This document shows, piece after piece, positions 63,819-64,000 of a DNA stretch of 64,000 nucleotides. The first letter of the stretch is position 1. Each line of letters opens with the position of its first letter. The DNA comes from a virus: the IMG/VR virus record IMGVR_UViG_3300037200_000120, positions 34,893-98,892 of that record; one strand, 5' to 3'. The notes beneath the pieces were generated by a model. It was not told the DNA's origin. It was given only the letters and a program-made list of their open reading frames with translations, and did no database searches. The translations under genes and the position numbers were made by a program.

Positions 63819-64000
63819 GTGAACTCAGACAAGATTTTCATCCTCGTGAACGACCGCAGCACTTCACTGGCGCAACTCGCCGCGATGGATAAGCAGACAA
63901 TCAAATACCTCTGCGCGAGCGGTTGCACCGCCCTGACGGCGATCGACGCGCCTGCGGCCGAAACCCTCGACGCGAGCGGTTGCACCGCCCTGACGGCGAT
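63819..64000 (+). CDS. Leucine-rich-repeat protein (partial, runs off the window)
   Basis: RBS AAGGAG, GTG start; 57-nt period encoding LxASGCTALTAIDAPAAET. Confidence 0.6.
   Translation, partial: MNSDKIFILVNDRSTSLAQLAAMDKQTIKYLCASGCTALTAIDAPAAETLDASGCTALTA

Overview
This window looks like most of a high-GC, P22-like (podovirus-type) phage or prophage genome. A phage-borne gapR homologue suggests an alphaproteobacterial host. Nearly all genes are on the minus strand. Read in transcription order (right to left), it contains: a Cro-like switch region (~62.6 kb); a replication/regulation region with GapR, a VRR-NUC nuclease, four DNA methyltransferases, a MotA/TolQ-like membrane module, a DnaA-C protein and an initiator; a late regulator; plus-strand moron cassettes; terS/terL; portal; GroES; scaffold; the major capsid gene; gp4- and gp10-like proteins; three ejection proteins; and tail fibre/spike genes. 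Main observations: (1) The major capsid gene is split into five exons (30+770+17+80+12 nt = 909 nt, 302 aa) by four ORF-less group I introns. It includes a 17-nt micro-exon and is followed directly by a free-standing endonuclease VII-type nuclease. (2) A zinc-finger HNH endonuclease is encoded out of frame inside a DNA methyltransferase whose own reading frame stays open across the insert. (3) Six consecutive tail-region genes carry Sec/Tat-like signal peptides. (4) A three-gene MotA/TolQ-like membrane module is split by that methyltransferase. (5) There are two candidate structured RNAs. No integrase, CI repressor or lysis cassette is recognisable inside the window. All calls were made by eye from motifs; no database searches were run.
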